Of a stretch of DNA of 64,000 nt, positions 18,868-28,801 are shown piece by piece. The translations under genes were made by a program, and so were the position numbers. Location: IMG/VR virus record IMGVR_UViG_3300036985_004624. One strand, 5' to 3'. Every line of letters begins with the position of its first letter. Positions within the stretch are counted from its first letter, which is position 1. A model generated the notes under the pieces. The model was not told where the DNA came from and made no database searches. It saw nothing but the letters and a program-made list of their open reading frames with translations. Source of the DNA: a virus.

Positions 18868-20322
18868 TTAATATGTTTTGCTAACGTGGATTTGACCGCC
18901 GCTGGCACTTTGATCGTTACCAGATTTTCTAATTTCTTTAGCATATCCGGCAGTCTTATTTCTATCAGCTACAGCAGCAGGATTTGATGCATCTTTCTTA
19001 GTTCTAGAAAATGTATTATCACCCGAATATTTGTTGCGTGAAGAAATTTCTACCTTTTCTTCAACTTCTTGAGCTTCTTTAAGTGCCTTTGCCTTGGCAA
19101 TAAGCTTCTTCATTTCCATAACTTTATGCTGTAGGATAGACTCCATCTTCTTAGAACGCCCCAATGCTTCTTCACTACCGAAGTCATCTTCGGGTTCACC
19201 GAGTTCAGCACCAATATTATCTAAATCGGCATCGTCTCCCATGCCGTCATCTTCCGGAGGTACGCCGTCCATGCCGTCCATGCCGTCCATCCCAGTATCC
19301 ATGCCAATATCTTTATCCATATCAGTCTCGGCACTCACTTGTCCAGTTGCTGCCATGTTTCCGACTGCATCATCCACTTGTCCTTTAGCAGTATAAAGAG
19401 CATCCATAACACTTTGCAGTGCACCATATATCTGTGTCTGGAAAGCCGAAGCCGATTCCATACCATATGTTTCTCTCATCTGATCAGTAACAGGAGGCAG
19501 ATCTTCGTTTTGTAAGCGACCGATCTTTTCTACCATTTCTTGCAGCTCGCCTGAGAAGCCTTTAGCTGCCATCATAACCTCTGCTTGACTAACTTCTGTT
19601 TCCAAAAGACGTCTTAGGTTTTTTACTAAATTTGCGTGTTCTTTCATTGCTATTCCTTTACTTCTTGCGTCTGCTTGTGCAGCAAATGGGTCTGGTACCA
19701 TACGACCGCTCTTATCGCGAATCATTGGTGTCTGTTCTTCGTCTTCTTCAATTCCTACAGTTGCTTCGCTGTCTTCTTGGGCTGCTTCGCCGTCTGTCTC
19801 TTCCGTTACAGAAATTTGCGATTCTACATGTACAGAATCTGCATTAAGTTGAGACAATGCTATAAGTGCAGACATTGCACCAGCCCGAACTTTTTCCTCG
19901 ATGAGGTCGTTAGGAAAATCTTTATCACTTTTGCGATATTCTCTCATTGTGTGTTCGATAGCCTTCTCGAAGTCGGACATACTCACTCCTGCTCCTTCGA
20001 AATGATCAACAACCGCAGATACCATGCCGTCGATAAGAGGTTTTAACTGACTCGACTGAAATTGCTTCTGAATCATTGCATATTCTTTAATACTTCTTAT
20101 GCCTTCCAGAACTAGTAATCTCTTCGATACTTCCGAAGAACTTCTTGCATCATCACCCTTAATCTTTAAGTCAGCAATTTCTTCTTCTATCTGTTCTGTT
20201 ATAAAGACTAGATCTTTATCGCTAATATTCTCAGAAATCTTAAAACCGTAGTTAGTTTCGAGGTACTGATTTATCCTTCTGAATGTGGTGTCTGGTGATT
20301 TACCAATATCGTTTAAAAGCAT
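18868..20322 (-). CDS. Acidic coiled-coil head protein (scaffold/core-like)
   Basis: LLETEVSQAEVMMAAK, QEMVEKIGRLQNEDLP, Met/Asp/Gly low-complexity linker; GATAAATA upstream. Confidence 0.6.
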   Translation of the reverse strand: MLLNDIGKSPDTTFRRINQYLETNYGFKISENISDKDLVFITEQIEEEIADLKIKGDDARSSSEVSKRLLVLEGIRSIKEYAMIQKQFQSSQLKPLIDGMVSAVVDHFEGAGVSMSDFEKAIEHTMREYRKSDKDFPNDLIEEKVRAGAMSALIALSQLNADSVHVESQISVTEETDGEAAQEDSEATVGIEEDEEQTPMIRDKSGRMVPDPFAAQADARSKGIAMKEHANLVKNLRRLLETEVSQAEVMMAAKGFSGELQEMVEKIGRLQNEDLPPVTDQMRETYGMESASAFQTQIYGALQSVMDALYTAKGQVDDAVGNMAATGQVSAETDMDKDIGMDTGMDGMDGMDGVPPEDDGMGDDADLDNIGAELGEPEDDFGSEEALGRSKKMESILQHKVMEMKKLIAKAKALKEAQEVEEKVEISSRNKYSGDNTFSRTKKDASNPAAVADRNKTAGYAKEIRKSGNDQSASGGQIHVSKTY

Positions 20323-20371
20323 ATAAACCGTTCCTGTTAAGTTTTATTTGTATTATTTATCATTCTACTTA

Positions 20372-20827
20372 CTATTTTACTCTCTTGAAATTAAAGATAC
20401 TGTCCTTAGTTCCTTTAGCGTAAGTCTCTGCAACTTGAAATTTGTCTTCTAATATAGCCATTCGCTCTATATCATGCTTTTGCTTGGCACCTTTAAGACA
20501 ATTTAAATAATGAATCATATCTGTATGATATTTTGAGAATTTTTCTTCTAAAGATAATACTTTTTTTATAATACTAGATTCGCCCGAGTTATATCTCTGA
20601 GCAATTATTACCGCGATATCAAATATAGATATATTTTCATAAATTATCTCTTTATCGGTGGTTACAACATTGTATAATCCCGATGAATTCTTTTCTACTA
20701 ATGTATTACCGACAAGAGTAATACTATTAGACATTTTCATAGGGTACCCTTTAGTAAAGGCCAGACGAGCACCCCGAGTTGTAGCCTTATCTAGCTTATC
20801 TATTAAGACAGATCTACTAGTTTTCAC
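20372..20827 (-). CDS. Hypothetical protein
   Basis: 151-aa ORF coupled to neighbours. Confidence 0.65.
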   Translation of the reverse strand: MKTSRSVLIDKLDKATTRGARLAFTKGYPMKMSNSITLVGNTLVEKNSSGLYNVVTTDKEIIYENISIFDIAVIIAQRYNSGESSIIKKVLSLEEKFSKYHTDMIHYLNCLKGAKQKHDIERMAILEDKFQVAETYAKGTKDSIFNFKRVK

Positions 20828-21426
20828 TTTTTAAACCCATTATTTGTTCTACTTGCCGTCTTCTTATTGTTTGCTGCGAGGGTAGCGGACAATTCACCCG
20901 ATGCCTGATTTGGTTTTGTATCGCCTACTACTGTTTTTGCTACTTCCGGAGTATATTCTTTCTTTATTTTTTCGTCGGTTGGTTGACGACGGTTCATAGA
21001 GCCCATCGACTTAGGTGCTACAGCGATACCACTGGCGCTTATGCCACCACAGCTACCATCTTCTACAATGCCGGCCAATTGCTTCATTCTTGCAAGTGCT
21101 TTATCTTCGACCACAGGTTTTCCAGATTGATCAACAGACGGTTTCATCCATTCCATTTTACCTGTCTGCGGATTCTTAACCTGAACGCCACGCGGGTCAG
21201 CTTCCGGTTTCAATGGTGCAGGTGCTGTAGCGGCAGGTCGACTTTGTTGGCCTGCCGCTGGCTGTGTCGCGGCTGGTGCTGTAGGTGATATTGGTTTCCC
21301 CGATGGTGGCACAATATCGGCACTTGCTTCATCTAACGCATAGTAGTCTTTAAATGACATACTCGAAATCATTTCTCTTGGTTCACCATGCATAAGCGAA
21401 TTAATAATTTTATCATGTTTAATCAT
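20824..21426 (-). CDS. Head-associated hypothetical protein
   Basis: Pro/Ala linker; RMKQLAGIVED motif shared with 40134-41321. Confidence 0.6.
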   Translation of the reverse strand: MIKHDKIINSLMHGEPREMISSMSFKDYYALDEASADIVPPSGKPISPTAPAATQPAAGQQSRPAATAPAPLKPEADPRGVQVKNPQTGKMEWMKPSVDQSGKPVVEDKALARMKQLAGIVEDGSCGGISASGIAVAPKSMGSMNRRQPTDEKIKKEYTPEVAKTVVGDTKPNQASGELSATLAANNKKTASRTNNGFKK

Positions 21427-21923
21427 ATCGTAGCCATCCTTGAAAATGCTATATTCTTTAACCAACCCGACGGGCTTCCTGTTACTGTAGTAATTCTGAC
21501 ACCACTCGGAATAATGACACCATTTAAATCGTCTACCAGTAAACCGACCGGGCCGGGTGTACCATAGGGAGTAAAATTATAAAATTGAACACCTCGTTCT
21601 ACAGCAAATTTCCATACAAAACCTTCTCCAGATAATTCCGGAGTATAATCGGCTAATTGTAAGACTGCTGCAGGATCTGATAGAACAACAGGCATGGCTC
21701 TTAGTCCTATGCTCATTAAAAACACTTCGAAATTCTTTTGACTCTGATCTAAGGGACTACCTGTAACTTGAATGTTTATTAAACGTGCTAATTCTTCAGA
21801 TGGAGGCGGATTGGGATTAGGATCAGTAAAGGCACCCGGAGAAGACGCATAGCAAACATAGAATGCCAAATCTGCTGTCAGATTTTGCATTGCTGTGGCC
21901 GCGCCATGTATTTTTTGTACCAT
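21423..21923 (-). CDS. Probable virion protein (paralog N-terminus MxQKIxGAA)
   Basis: MVQKIHGAA start, AAGGA SD, late motif upstream. Confidence 0.6.
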   Translation of the reverse strand: MVQKIHGAATAMQNLTADLAFYVCYASSPGAFTDPNPNPPPSEELARLINIQVTGSPLDQSQKNFEVFLMSIGLRAMPVVLSDPAAVLQLADYTPELSGEGFVWKFAVERGVQFYNFTPYGTPGPVGLLVDDLNGVIIPSGVRITTVTGSPSGWLKNIAFSRMATI

Positions 21924-21943
21924 TTCTTATCCTTATCCGTTAT

Positions 21944-22183
21944 TTATGTTAAAGTCCAGGGATGGCCTTCAGCGGGGCTAACTGTACCCGGTGACGTATA
22001 TACATTATATGGACGATAGCTGGGGCTAGATGTGTCGCCGCCGGCTTGGCGCTCGACCTGTGCTATCATTCCCAGTTTAATATCTCGTTTAGTTAATGCC
22101 GGGTTCGGCGATATACTACCTTGATAGTCAATATAATCGTTCCAACTAGTATATCCTGGCGGCACTGGAGGCGGTGTAGACAT
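21944..22183 (-). CDS. Hypothetical Pro-rich protein
   Basis: AAGGA SD, late motif upstream. Confidence 0.55.
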   Translation of the reverse strand: MSTPPPVPPGYTSWNDYIDYQGSISPNPALTKRDIKLGMIAQVERQAGGDTSSPSYRPYNVYTSPGTVSPAEGHPWTLT

Positions 22184-22263
22184 TTTTGTTCCTTATCATT
22201 TACATTATTTATCAAGTTCTGTGCTATACACATAAATTTTGATATACTGAAATTTTATTCATT

Positions 22264-22288
22264 AAAAAAGGCTCCGAAGAGCCTTTTT
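22264..22288. terminator. Intrinsic terminator (bidirectional type)
   Basis: AAAAAGGCTC-CGAA-GAGCCTTTTT. Confidence 0.8.
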
Positions 22289-22304
22289 ATTTTAAAAACA
22301 ACAA

Positions 22305-22898
22305 TTAAGTTGTAATTAAAGCTACTGGTTGGTAGCTGTTTGCAGAGCCAATAGGGGCTCCGTTTGGATATGTTGTAGAACCAGGTGTGGAACCCACGCC
22401 AGTTTCTAAATCACCATTAGCTAATGTAGCAACTGGCATTGTGCCGTCGAACGCTGCGAAATACATAGTGAATGTCAAATACGAATCGCTAACATCAACT
22501 AGTTGTCCAAGCACTGTGTTTCCACCTGCTGTTGTAATAACTGCTTTAGCACCAACCACTGTATTGCCAGTAGAAATAGCACCGACGTTATCCGAGAAGT
22601 AACCTTCCGAACATCCAACCATCACGTCAACAACTGTACCTGCTGCGCTCAAAGCAGAAATACCTAATACTGTTGCCTTCAACTCTAAGTTCTTCAAAGC
22701 TTGAACAACTGCAGACTCAACCACACCAAAAGAAGTATCACCTTCGGAAGTTGTTGTTGTTGCTGTATTTGTTCCAGTTAAAAACATGCTTGCTGCAGGA
22801 ATAGCCAGAAGACTGTGATTAAATGTAAGCTTGATGAAAGCTACTTGTTTTTCGACCCAGATACCAGGATATGCTGCGCCATTAATTTTTTGTGTCAT
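22305..22898 (-). CDS. Probable abundant virion (head decoration-like) protein
   Basis: MTQKINGAA start, strong AAGGAG SD, own late promoter and terminator, Ala/Thr/Gly-rich. Confidence 0.6.
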   Translation of the reverse strand: MTQKINGAAYPGIWVEKQVAFIKLTFNHSLLAIPAASMFLTGTNTATTTTSEGDTSFGVVESAVVQALKNLELKATVLGISALSAAGTVVDVMVGCSEGYFSDNVGAISTGNTVVGAKAVITTAGGNTVLGQLVDVSDSYLTFTMYFAAFDGTMPVATLANGDLETGVGSTPGSTTYPNGAPIGSANSYQPVALITT

Positions 22899-22974
22899 TT
22901 TAAAAACTCCTTATTTTTTGATAGGATAGTCCTATACATAAACTTATTTATCATTTTGAGATAAAATAGTTTCC

Positions 22975-24999
22975 TTATTTAATTAAATCGTGTATATTTA
23001 GATGAATCTGAGATAAAAGTCCTGCATAATGTTTACTATGCTTTTTACCGCTCTTCCACGACTGTATAATCTGGTTCTTTATACGAGTTACATTTATATC
23101 AGTGCCAGTTTTTGTTTTCATGTGACGTAATATTTTAATGTACTGATCCGATTTTAGTACATCGCTTAATGTTACACTTTCATCTATAATGGTATCGTCG
23201 ACTTTCTTGTTACGACCCAAAGAGTTATATTCGTGCTCTCTAATAACCTCATTCTGCATAGTTCTCTTTTCTAAAACTATAGCTGTAAAAATTTGCTTTA
23301 CTTCTTCGGTAGTAACTTTCCTACCGAATATCTTCTTACCTAAGTCGGCTGCTCTGCCAAACATTCTTTCGCCTGCGCCGGCGGCCTTATCTAACCACCC
23401 TGGTTCTTCTTCTTTACTTAATTCTTCGCCATATTCTTTTTGCATAAATGCAATTAAATCTTTCTTTAGGCCGCTCTTATTAACATGATCCATTATAATA
23501 TCGATAGCTTTACTCACAGATCCCGAATTTGATTCACTGGAATCTCTGTCATTTTCGCCACGACCAAAGACGGTAGAAAAGACTTTATCACGCGCATCGC
23601 TATCATACCCGAAGCTTTTCAGAATTCTAACTATCTTTTCCGAATCATCTGTATAACCCGTATCTTTCCAAGCCTGTTGAAGGTCTTTTATATCTACTCT
23701 TTTCCTAGAAAATCCCGGCTTAGATACCTGTATAAATATATCTCTTATATCATCCTTATCTAATGCCTGTTCCGTTAAAGTGGTATCATTTAATGCTTGC
23801 CACAACGACTTTCTTTGTTCGGGTGACATACGTTTAATTATATTCTTTATCTTATCTAACTGTTCTTCCGGTTCTACTTCTGCTGTAGGTGCCACATCTG
23901 TTCCCGTATTAATCTCTGCGTCAGATATCTTTGATTGTAATAAAGTAAAGACTTTTTCGACACCTTTTTCATCTATTTCTGTCGGTTTATCTATAAATTC
24001 CTCGACCAGACCAGTTGCAGGAGTATCTTTGTCGGGTACATTTCTATATTTCTTTTTGTCTATAATATTATAATTGTCGTCATATGTTAAATTTAGACTA
24101 GTTTCTCCGGTAGGATCGTCGGGATCATCGATAGTTACCCCTAATGTGCCATTACCATTTCTTGTAAGGCCCTGACCTCCGGTCACTTTCATCATATCAC
24201 TCTTACGCTTATCTTTTTCTATCTCTTCTTTACTTTTCGGTTTTGCTGGTTTAGGTGCAGGAGCAGGAGGTGTACCTGGTTTAGGTGCTGGCGCAGGAGG
24301 TGTACCTGGTTTAGGTGCTGGCGCAGGAGGTGTACCTGGTTTAGGTGCTGGCGCAGGAGGTGTACCTGGTTTAGGTGCTGGCGCAGGAGGTGTACCTGGT
24401 TTAGGTGCAGGAGCAGGAGGTGTACCTGGTTTAGGTGCTGGCGCAGGAGGTGTACCTGGTTTAGGTGCAGGAGCAGGAGCAGGAGGTGTACCTGGTTTAG
24501 GTGCGCTTGGCGGACCTTTTTTCGAAATAACAGTCTCTATCGCGCCATTAATTGTTTCATCATCTAAATGAGTATTAGTCTTTAAGAATTTTGTAAGCAT
24601 ATCGGTAGTTACTTTCTTCTTATACGAAAGTTTACCAGTCTTTGGGTCAGATTGAGTGGCAACTACTTGATTATTTTTTAAGAACTGAATCCATGCTTTT
24701 GTTAATTCTTTAGATGGCGCACCTGCAGCAGGTGCTGGCGGGTTCGATGCTTTTGGTGCTGCCGGGTTCGATGCTTTTGGCTTGGCTGCTTTTGGCTTTG
24801 CTGCTTTTGGCTTTGCTGCTGTTGGCTTTGCTGCTGTTGGCTTTGCTGTATGTACTAATCCTGTCGGCGTCTTTGTAATTGTGCCTCCTGTACTAGATTT
24901 TGACTTGTTTGCACCGCTTAGTGTATTACTCATCTGGCCAAATGCGTCGGCACCACCTGGCGGACGTTTAGATGAACGTGATATTTCATTTAAGTTCAT
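22975..24999 (-). CDS. Large late protein with Pro/Ala/Lys tandem repeats
   Basis: MNLNEIS start; PKPGTPPAPA x8 and AAKP(T/K) x5. Confidence 0.75.
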   Translation of the reverse strand: MNLNEISRSSKRPPGGADAFGQMSNTLSGANKSKSSTGGTITKTPTGLVHTAKPTAAKPTAAKPKAAKPKAAKPKASNPAAPKASNPPAPAAGAPSKELTKAWIQFLKNNQVVATQSDPKTGKLSYKKKVTTDMLTKFLKTNTHLDDETINGAIETVISKKGPPSAPKPGTPPAPAPAPKPGTPPAPAPKPGTPPAPAPKPGTPPAPAPKPGTPPAPAPKPGTPPAPAPKPGTPPAPAPKPGTPPAPAPKPAKPKSKEEIEKDKRKSDMMKVTGGQGLTRNGNGTLGVTIDDPDDPTGETSLNLTYDDNYNIIDKKKYRNVPDKDTPATGLVEEFIDKPTEIDEKGVEKVFTLLQSKISDAEINTGTDVAPTAEVEPEEQLDKIKNIIKRMSPEQRKSLWQALNDTTLTEQALDKDDIRDIFIQVSKPGFSRKRVDIKDLQQAWKDTGYTDDSEKIVRILKSFGYDSDARDKVFSTVFGRGENDRDSSESNSGSVSKAIDIIMDHVNKSGLKKDLIAFMQKEYGEELSKEEEPGWLDKAAGAGERMFGRAADLGKKIFGRKVTTEEVKQIFTAIVLEKRTMQNEVIREHEYNSLGRNKKVDDTIIDESVTLSDVLKSDQYIKILRHMKTKTGTDINVTRIKNQIIQSWKSGKKHSKHYAGLLSQIHLNIHDLIK
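24247..24505 (-). repeat. 30-bp coding tandem repeat (~8.5 copies, PKPGTPPAPA)
   Basis: Unit TGTACCTGGTTTAGGTGC(T/A)GG(C/A)GCAGGAGG repeated head to tail. Confidence 0.95.
24773..24848 (-). repeat. 15-bp coding tandem repeat (AAKPT/AAKPK)
   Basis: TGGCTTTGCTGCT(G/T)T units, ~5 copies. Confidence 0.85.
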
Positions 25000-25007
25000 G
25001 TTATTGA

Positions 25008-25277
25008 CTAATCTCTATCTATCTCGTCACCATCTTTTATACGATTTACCATTCGAGTAAATCTAGCTGGATCTGATCCTCTGATACTCGAGACAAAGCG
25101 TTTCTTTAATGCTTCAGCCTCGGCGGGCGAGAATGAATCATCTATCGATTCAAGTAAATTTATTGCTGATACTATAATATGTTGCGCTCGTGCCTCAATC
25201 AGATCTTCTTTACTTTTCTGAGGTACGTAGGCGCTAATTTCTTCTAATATAGATCTGCTTCTGCGATTAATAGACAA
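25008..25277 (-). CDS. Hypothetical protein
   Basis: RSILEEI, AINLLE, RFVSSIR..DPARF; TTG start with GGAG SD. Confidence 0.7.
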   Translation of the reverse strand: MSINRRSRSILEEISAYVPQKSKEDLIEARAQHIIVSAINLLESIDDSFSPAEAEALKKRFVSSIRGSDPARFTRMVNRIKDGDEIDRD

Positions 25278-25315
25278 TTTATAGTCTCCAATAACTTTTA
25301 ATTATTTATCGTCTT

Positions 25316-26755
25316 TTATCTTTTCTTAAGAAATGCTCGAACACCAGCTGCACCTTCTAACGGGTCTACTGTAGATTTATTTTGTGTGAAACTAGTAATC
25401 TCGCCCGTTTTTGCATCAACTTTTTCACTCGATCTGACAACACTGTTCCGCTTCAATTGCTCCATCACACTCTTAGAAGTTGCTGCAACTGCACCTTCAT
25501 CACCCTCTTCTAAGTCTGATATACGCAAACTCTTATTATTGAATGCTAAATCTATCTTAGACCCAACACCCGAACTCGAACGTGTCTTAATAAATTGAAT
25601 CTGATAACGGCCGCTTTCCTTCATAGCAGCACTTGTAAAAATGCCTATAACATTATCAGCTGTGTTCACCTTAGAAATACCACCTGCAATATGACTAGGG
25701 TCATATTCTATTTCTTCGTATGAACCGCGATTCAATTGTGATGCAGATACTGTCACTATATCGAGTTCTACCGCTAAATTTCGTAATTCTTCTGTAACAT
25801 ACTTGTCTTTAACGAATAAATTCTCTGCAGAAATCTTCTTGCTCATAGGAGACATAAGATCTAAGTAGTCAACTAAGATTGCATCTACTTTTTTACCACA
25901 ACTAATTTCATATTCTTTAATATATGCTCTAATATCATTGGTCGTACATCCATTCGGCATTTGTTTAATACGCAAGGAGCCTTGACTTTTCTGTTGAGAT
26001 GCACGAATACGCATATGTACATCATCAATATTACGCATAACTTCTCTTGTTTCATAATTCGTGTGCATTGCATCGATACGCATAGCACTAAGCTTTTCAC
26101 TTAACTCTAAAGATAGATATACTACATTAAATCCCGCTTGTGCCCAATTAACTGCTAAATTCTGTAAGAATAAAGACTTACCTGCACCGGATTGTCCTGC
26201 AAAAATAGTTAATTCACCCTTGTTCAGTCCGCCGAACAATTTATCATCGACTGTTTTCCATCCGGTAGATACTTGTCCCTTATTTTCTCTTAAAGCTTCT
26301 AATCGTGCCCTCGGGTCAGCATAATAATCGAGTCCGAGATCCTTAACCAATGCAATTTCCACCGCAGCTTTAATATCAGCCAATACCTCACCATATCTGC
26401 CCTCATCTAATCTTTCCGGTGATGCTAGAATTGCATCACGCAATGCTTTGTGTTGGCAGAACTTTTCAAACTCTCTTAAGAACCAGCCATCGTGTACGGC
26501 TGCTTCTTCTTCCATTATTTTGATTTCTTTTTTTGTTACTGCCCGGATTTCATCTAAGGACGGTATAATCGAGAAGGCAGTACTATATCCTTCTATGAAT
26601 GCAACTGTGTCACGGTTTTGTTTATCGTCGAAATAAGCAGATTTTATAATTCCCTTACATCTAACAAACAGATCTTTATTACTCATCATAAAACTGATGA
26701 ATATATCCTCTATATCTTTACTATAGTCATTAATTTCGCTGGCATCATCGCTCAT
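25316..26755 (-). CDS. DnaB-like replicative helicase (T4 gp41-like)
   Basis: GQSGAGKS Walker A, YLSLEL, LVDYLDLM, SASQLNR, IKTR. Confidence 0.93.
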   Translation of the reverse strand: MSDDASEINDYSKDIEDIFISFMMSNKDLFVRCKGIIKSAYFDDKQNRDTVAFIEGYSTAFSIIPSLDEIRAVTKKEIKIMEEEAAVHDGWFLREFEKFCQHKALRDAILASPERLDEGRYGEVLADIKAAVEIALVKDLGLDYYADPRARLEALRENKGQVSTGWKTVDDKLFGGLNKGELTIFAGQSGAGKSLFLQNLAVNWAQAGFNVVYLSLELSEKLSAMRIDAMHTNYETREVMRNIDDVHMRIRASQQKSQGSLRIKQMPNGCTTNDIRAYIKEYEISCGKKVDAILVDYLDLMSPMSKKISAENLFVKDKYVTEELRNLAVELDIVTVSASQLNRGSYEEIEYDPSHIAGGISKVNTADNVIGIFTSAAMKESGRYQIQFIKTRSSSGVGSKIDLAFNNKSLRISDLEEGDEGAVAATSKSVMEQLKRNSVVRSSEKVDAKTGEITSFTQNKSTVDPLEGAAGVRAFLKKR

Positions 26756-27806
26756 ATTTTCGTTGTCTCTCGTTTTGTTCTAATTCCCATGCCACTTTAA
26801 TCTTGACTTTACCGGATACTGCTGAAGAAATTATGGAATGAGTCGTCAATAATCTTCCATATCTTACTGCTGCGGCTGCGGCATCTTTTATGTCTACTTC
26901 CCACTTCGGGAAGGATACTGCCCAATTATTTTCGATAGCGGCATCGACTAGATCGCCACCCTTCTTATCTCTATCAGGACATACAATAATATTCTTCTGT
27001 AATCTGTTAATTATATCAACTTTAGATTGTCCTATTTCGCCTAATATACTTATGCCATCTGTTACCCAGGCATCCAGTACACCCTCAGTGGCTATAGTGT
27101 ATTTACGTGACCACCCTTGCTGATGATCCAAGTTATAGACAAAGTCTGTCGGCGACTGCTGAAAGTATTTAGGTATCGATTTGTCTGGAACATCGTAACA
27201 TAGCCTACCTGTATATCCTACTATGTTATCCTTATAGAAATAGGGTATAATAAGTCGTTGATGCATATTATGCATCTTAGAAGGTGACCAATAAAAATTC
27301 TGTAAATCAAATATCTTTCTATCTATCGCATAATTGACTACTCTTAAGAAATTTCTGTCTGTTAATCCATTTTCTAACCAAGTCGAAACGGAACAAGCAT
27401 CCTCGGGTAACTCCATGGGCTTCCATTTCTGAAATAATGCTTTAAATTTACTCTCGGGATCTTCTACTACTGCACCTTCTCTAACGGACTGGATTTGATT
27501 CTTTTGTTTGAATATTTCAAACTCCATTTGCTCGATAAATTTTTCATCTATGTGTAGTTGATTCAAGAAAAACTTAAAAGACTTGGATAACTCCTTACCT
27601 TCTGTATATCCCGAAGAGAATCCACAGTTAAAGCAATTCATCGCAATAGAATTAGGATTAAATTGTATTCCGAAACGGAAGCGAGTATCTCTACCGTGGC
27701 CCTGTGTGTGACAGAGTGGACAATTGCGCTTATTCCAGCCCTTAGGTGCTTGCTTGAGCGGGCCTATATTCGAAAGTATTGCGTCTTTTAAGACATCTAT
27801 AATCAT
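26745..27806 (-). CDS. DNA primase (T4 gp61-like)
   Basis: CPLC...CFNC zinc finger, RLIIP...GYTGR, TOPRIM EGVLDA and PDRD, KDA. Confidence 0.9.
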   Translation of the reverse strand: MIIDVLKDAILSNIGPLKQAPKGWNKRNCPLCHTQGHGRDTRFRFGIQFNPNSIAMNCFNCGFSSGYTEGKELSKSFKFFLNQLHIDEKFIEQMEFEIFKQKNQIQSVREGAVVEDPESKFKALFQKWKPMELPEDACSVSTWLENGLTDRNFLRVVNYAIDRKIFDLQNFYWSPSKMHNMHQRLIIPYFYKDNIVGYTGRLCYDVPDKSIPKYFQQSPTDFVYNLDHQQGWSRKYTIATEGVLDAWVTDGISILGEIGQSKVDIINRLQKNIIVCPDRDKKGGDLVDAAIENNWAVSFPKWEVDIKDAAAAAVRYGRLLTTHSIISSAVSGKVKIKVAWELEQNERQRKYER

Positions 27807-27812
27807 TCAGTA

Positions 27813-27841
27813 AGTATAACAGATAACCTAACGAAAGTCAA
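27813..27841 (-). promoter_or_regulatory. Sigma70-like promoter of primase (leaderless)
   Basis: TTGACT-17-TATACT, ATG 6 nt downstream. Confidence 0.65.
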
Positions 27842-27854
27842 TTAGGTTATGTAG

Positions 27855-28733
27855 TTATGTTCTTACAATCAGCTTCTTAAAGATACCCGGATCTAATACT
27901 TGTGTGCTTGGAAAGTATCTAAACTTCAGAAATAGTACGTTAGCCTGAAATGTCCAGGCCTGCGTTCCTGTATATTGCATATATTCTATATCGACCGACA
28001 TAGTTGACGGATAAATCTTGAACCATCTTGTATCTTGCAGGTATGGATCGGGCGTTTCTTCTAGTGTTCCCCATATTTCGAGAATACCTGTGAAGTTTTC
28101 CGTATAGGTCGAGAATGATTGAACAGAGTCTTTATGATTTAATACTCTTCCACCCGGTATTCTGCTACTATAGAAACAAGGGCGCGGCGCACCACCCCCA
28201 TTTACTGAAACCAATATATCGGGTGTCCAATCTTCAGGATTTAATGTTATGCCTGGTTGTGGCGACTTAAATGCCTGATTTGTAATTTCTATCTGCATAG
28301 AAATGTTATCGTACATATCGCTATACAAAGGTTTCTCTACGTAATATCCGGGAAAATTTTCCACAAAATTTTCCGTCCTTATCAGAACCATGTTATATAT
28401 TGCAGGTGCCACATCGGATATGTCGCCGCTATCCAATTCTAACGTGATTAATCCTTTTGCCGGACCTAATCGGCATAATTTTTCTAACACAATTGTATTA
28501 TTATCAGTGTTAATTATTCTTGCATATACTTGCTGATTACAGGAAACATCGGCAGGTATTCTGTCGGGACCTAATGCTCTAAAGATAATTTTATTGTCTA
28601 TTCCTCTATGTGCTAAAATTGTATTCTTGTTCATCGGGCCTGTATCCTTGAGTGGGCAGAACACATCATTAACAACCAATAGTTGTCTAACGTGATCGTA
28701 CAAATATACTTTATTGAATGTTATGTCTGTCAT
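27855..28733 (-). CDS. Probable virion structural protein
   Basis: GATAAATA 4 nt upstream; beta-rich, HRGIDNKIIF and FTGILEIWGTL motifs. Confidence 0.55.
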   Translation of the reverse strand: MTDITFNKVYLYDHVRQLLVVNDVFCPLKDTGPMNKNTILAHRGIDNKIIFRALGPDRIPADVSCNQQVYARIINTDNNTIVLEKLCRLGPAKGLITLELDSGDISDVAPAIYNMVLIRTENFVENFPGYYVEKPLYSDMYDNISMQIEITNQAFKSPQPGITLNPEDWTPDILVSVNGGGAPRPCFYSSRIPGGRVLNHKDSVQSFSTYTENFTGILEIWGTLEETPDPYLQDTRWFKIYPSTMSVDIEYMQYTGTQAWTFQANVLFLKFRYFPSTQVLDPGIFKKLIVRT

Positions 28734-28801
28734 ATTATATATTTATCAGTAAGAACATCGAAAAAAGTTTCAGCTGATTCTAAAACGTATAAATAACTGG
28801 T

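Noticed and set aside
24247-24505. CRISPR-like 30-bp repeats
   Set aside because: Head-to-tail with no spacers, in frame within a Pro-rich CDS, and no cas genes; the Cas4-like nuclease at 16654 is a common stand-alone phage exonuclease
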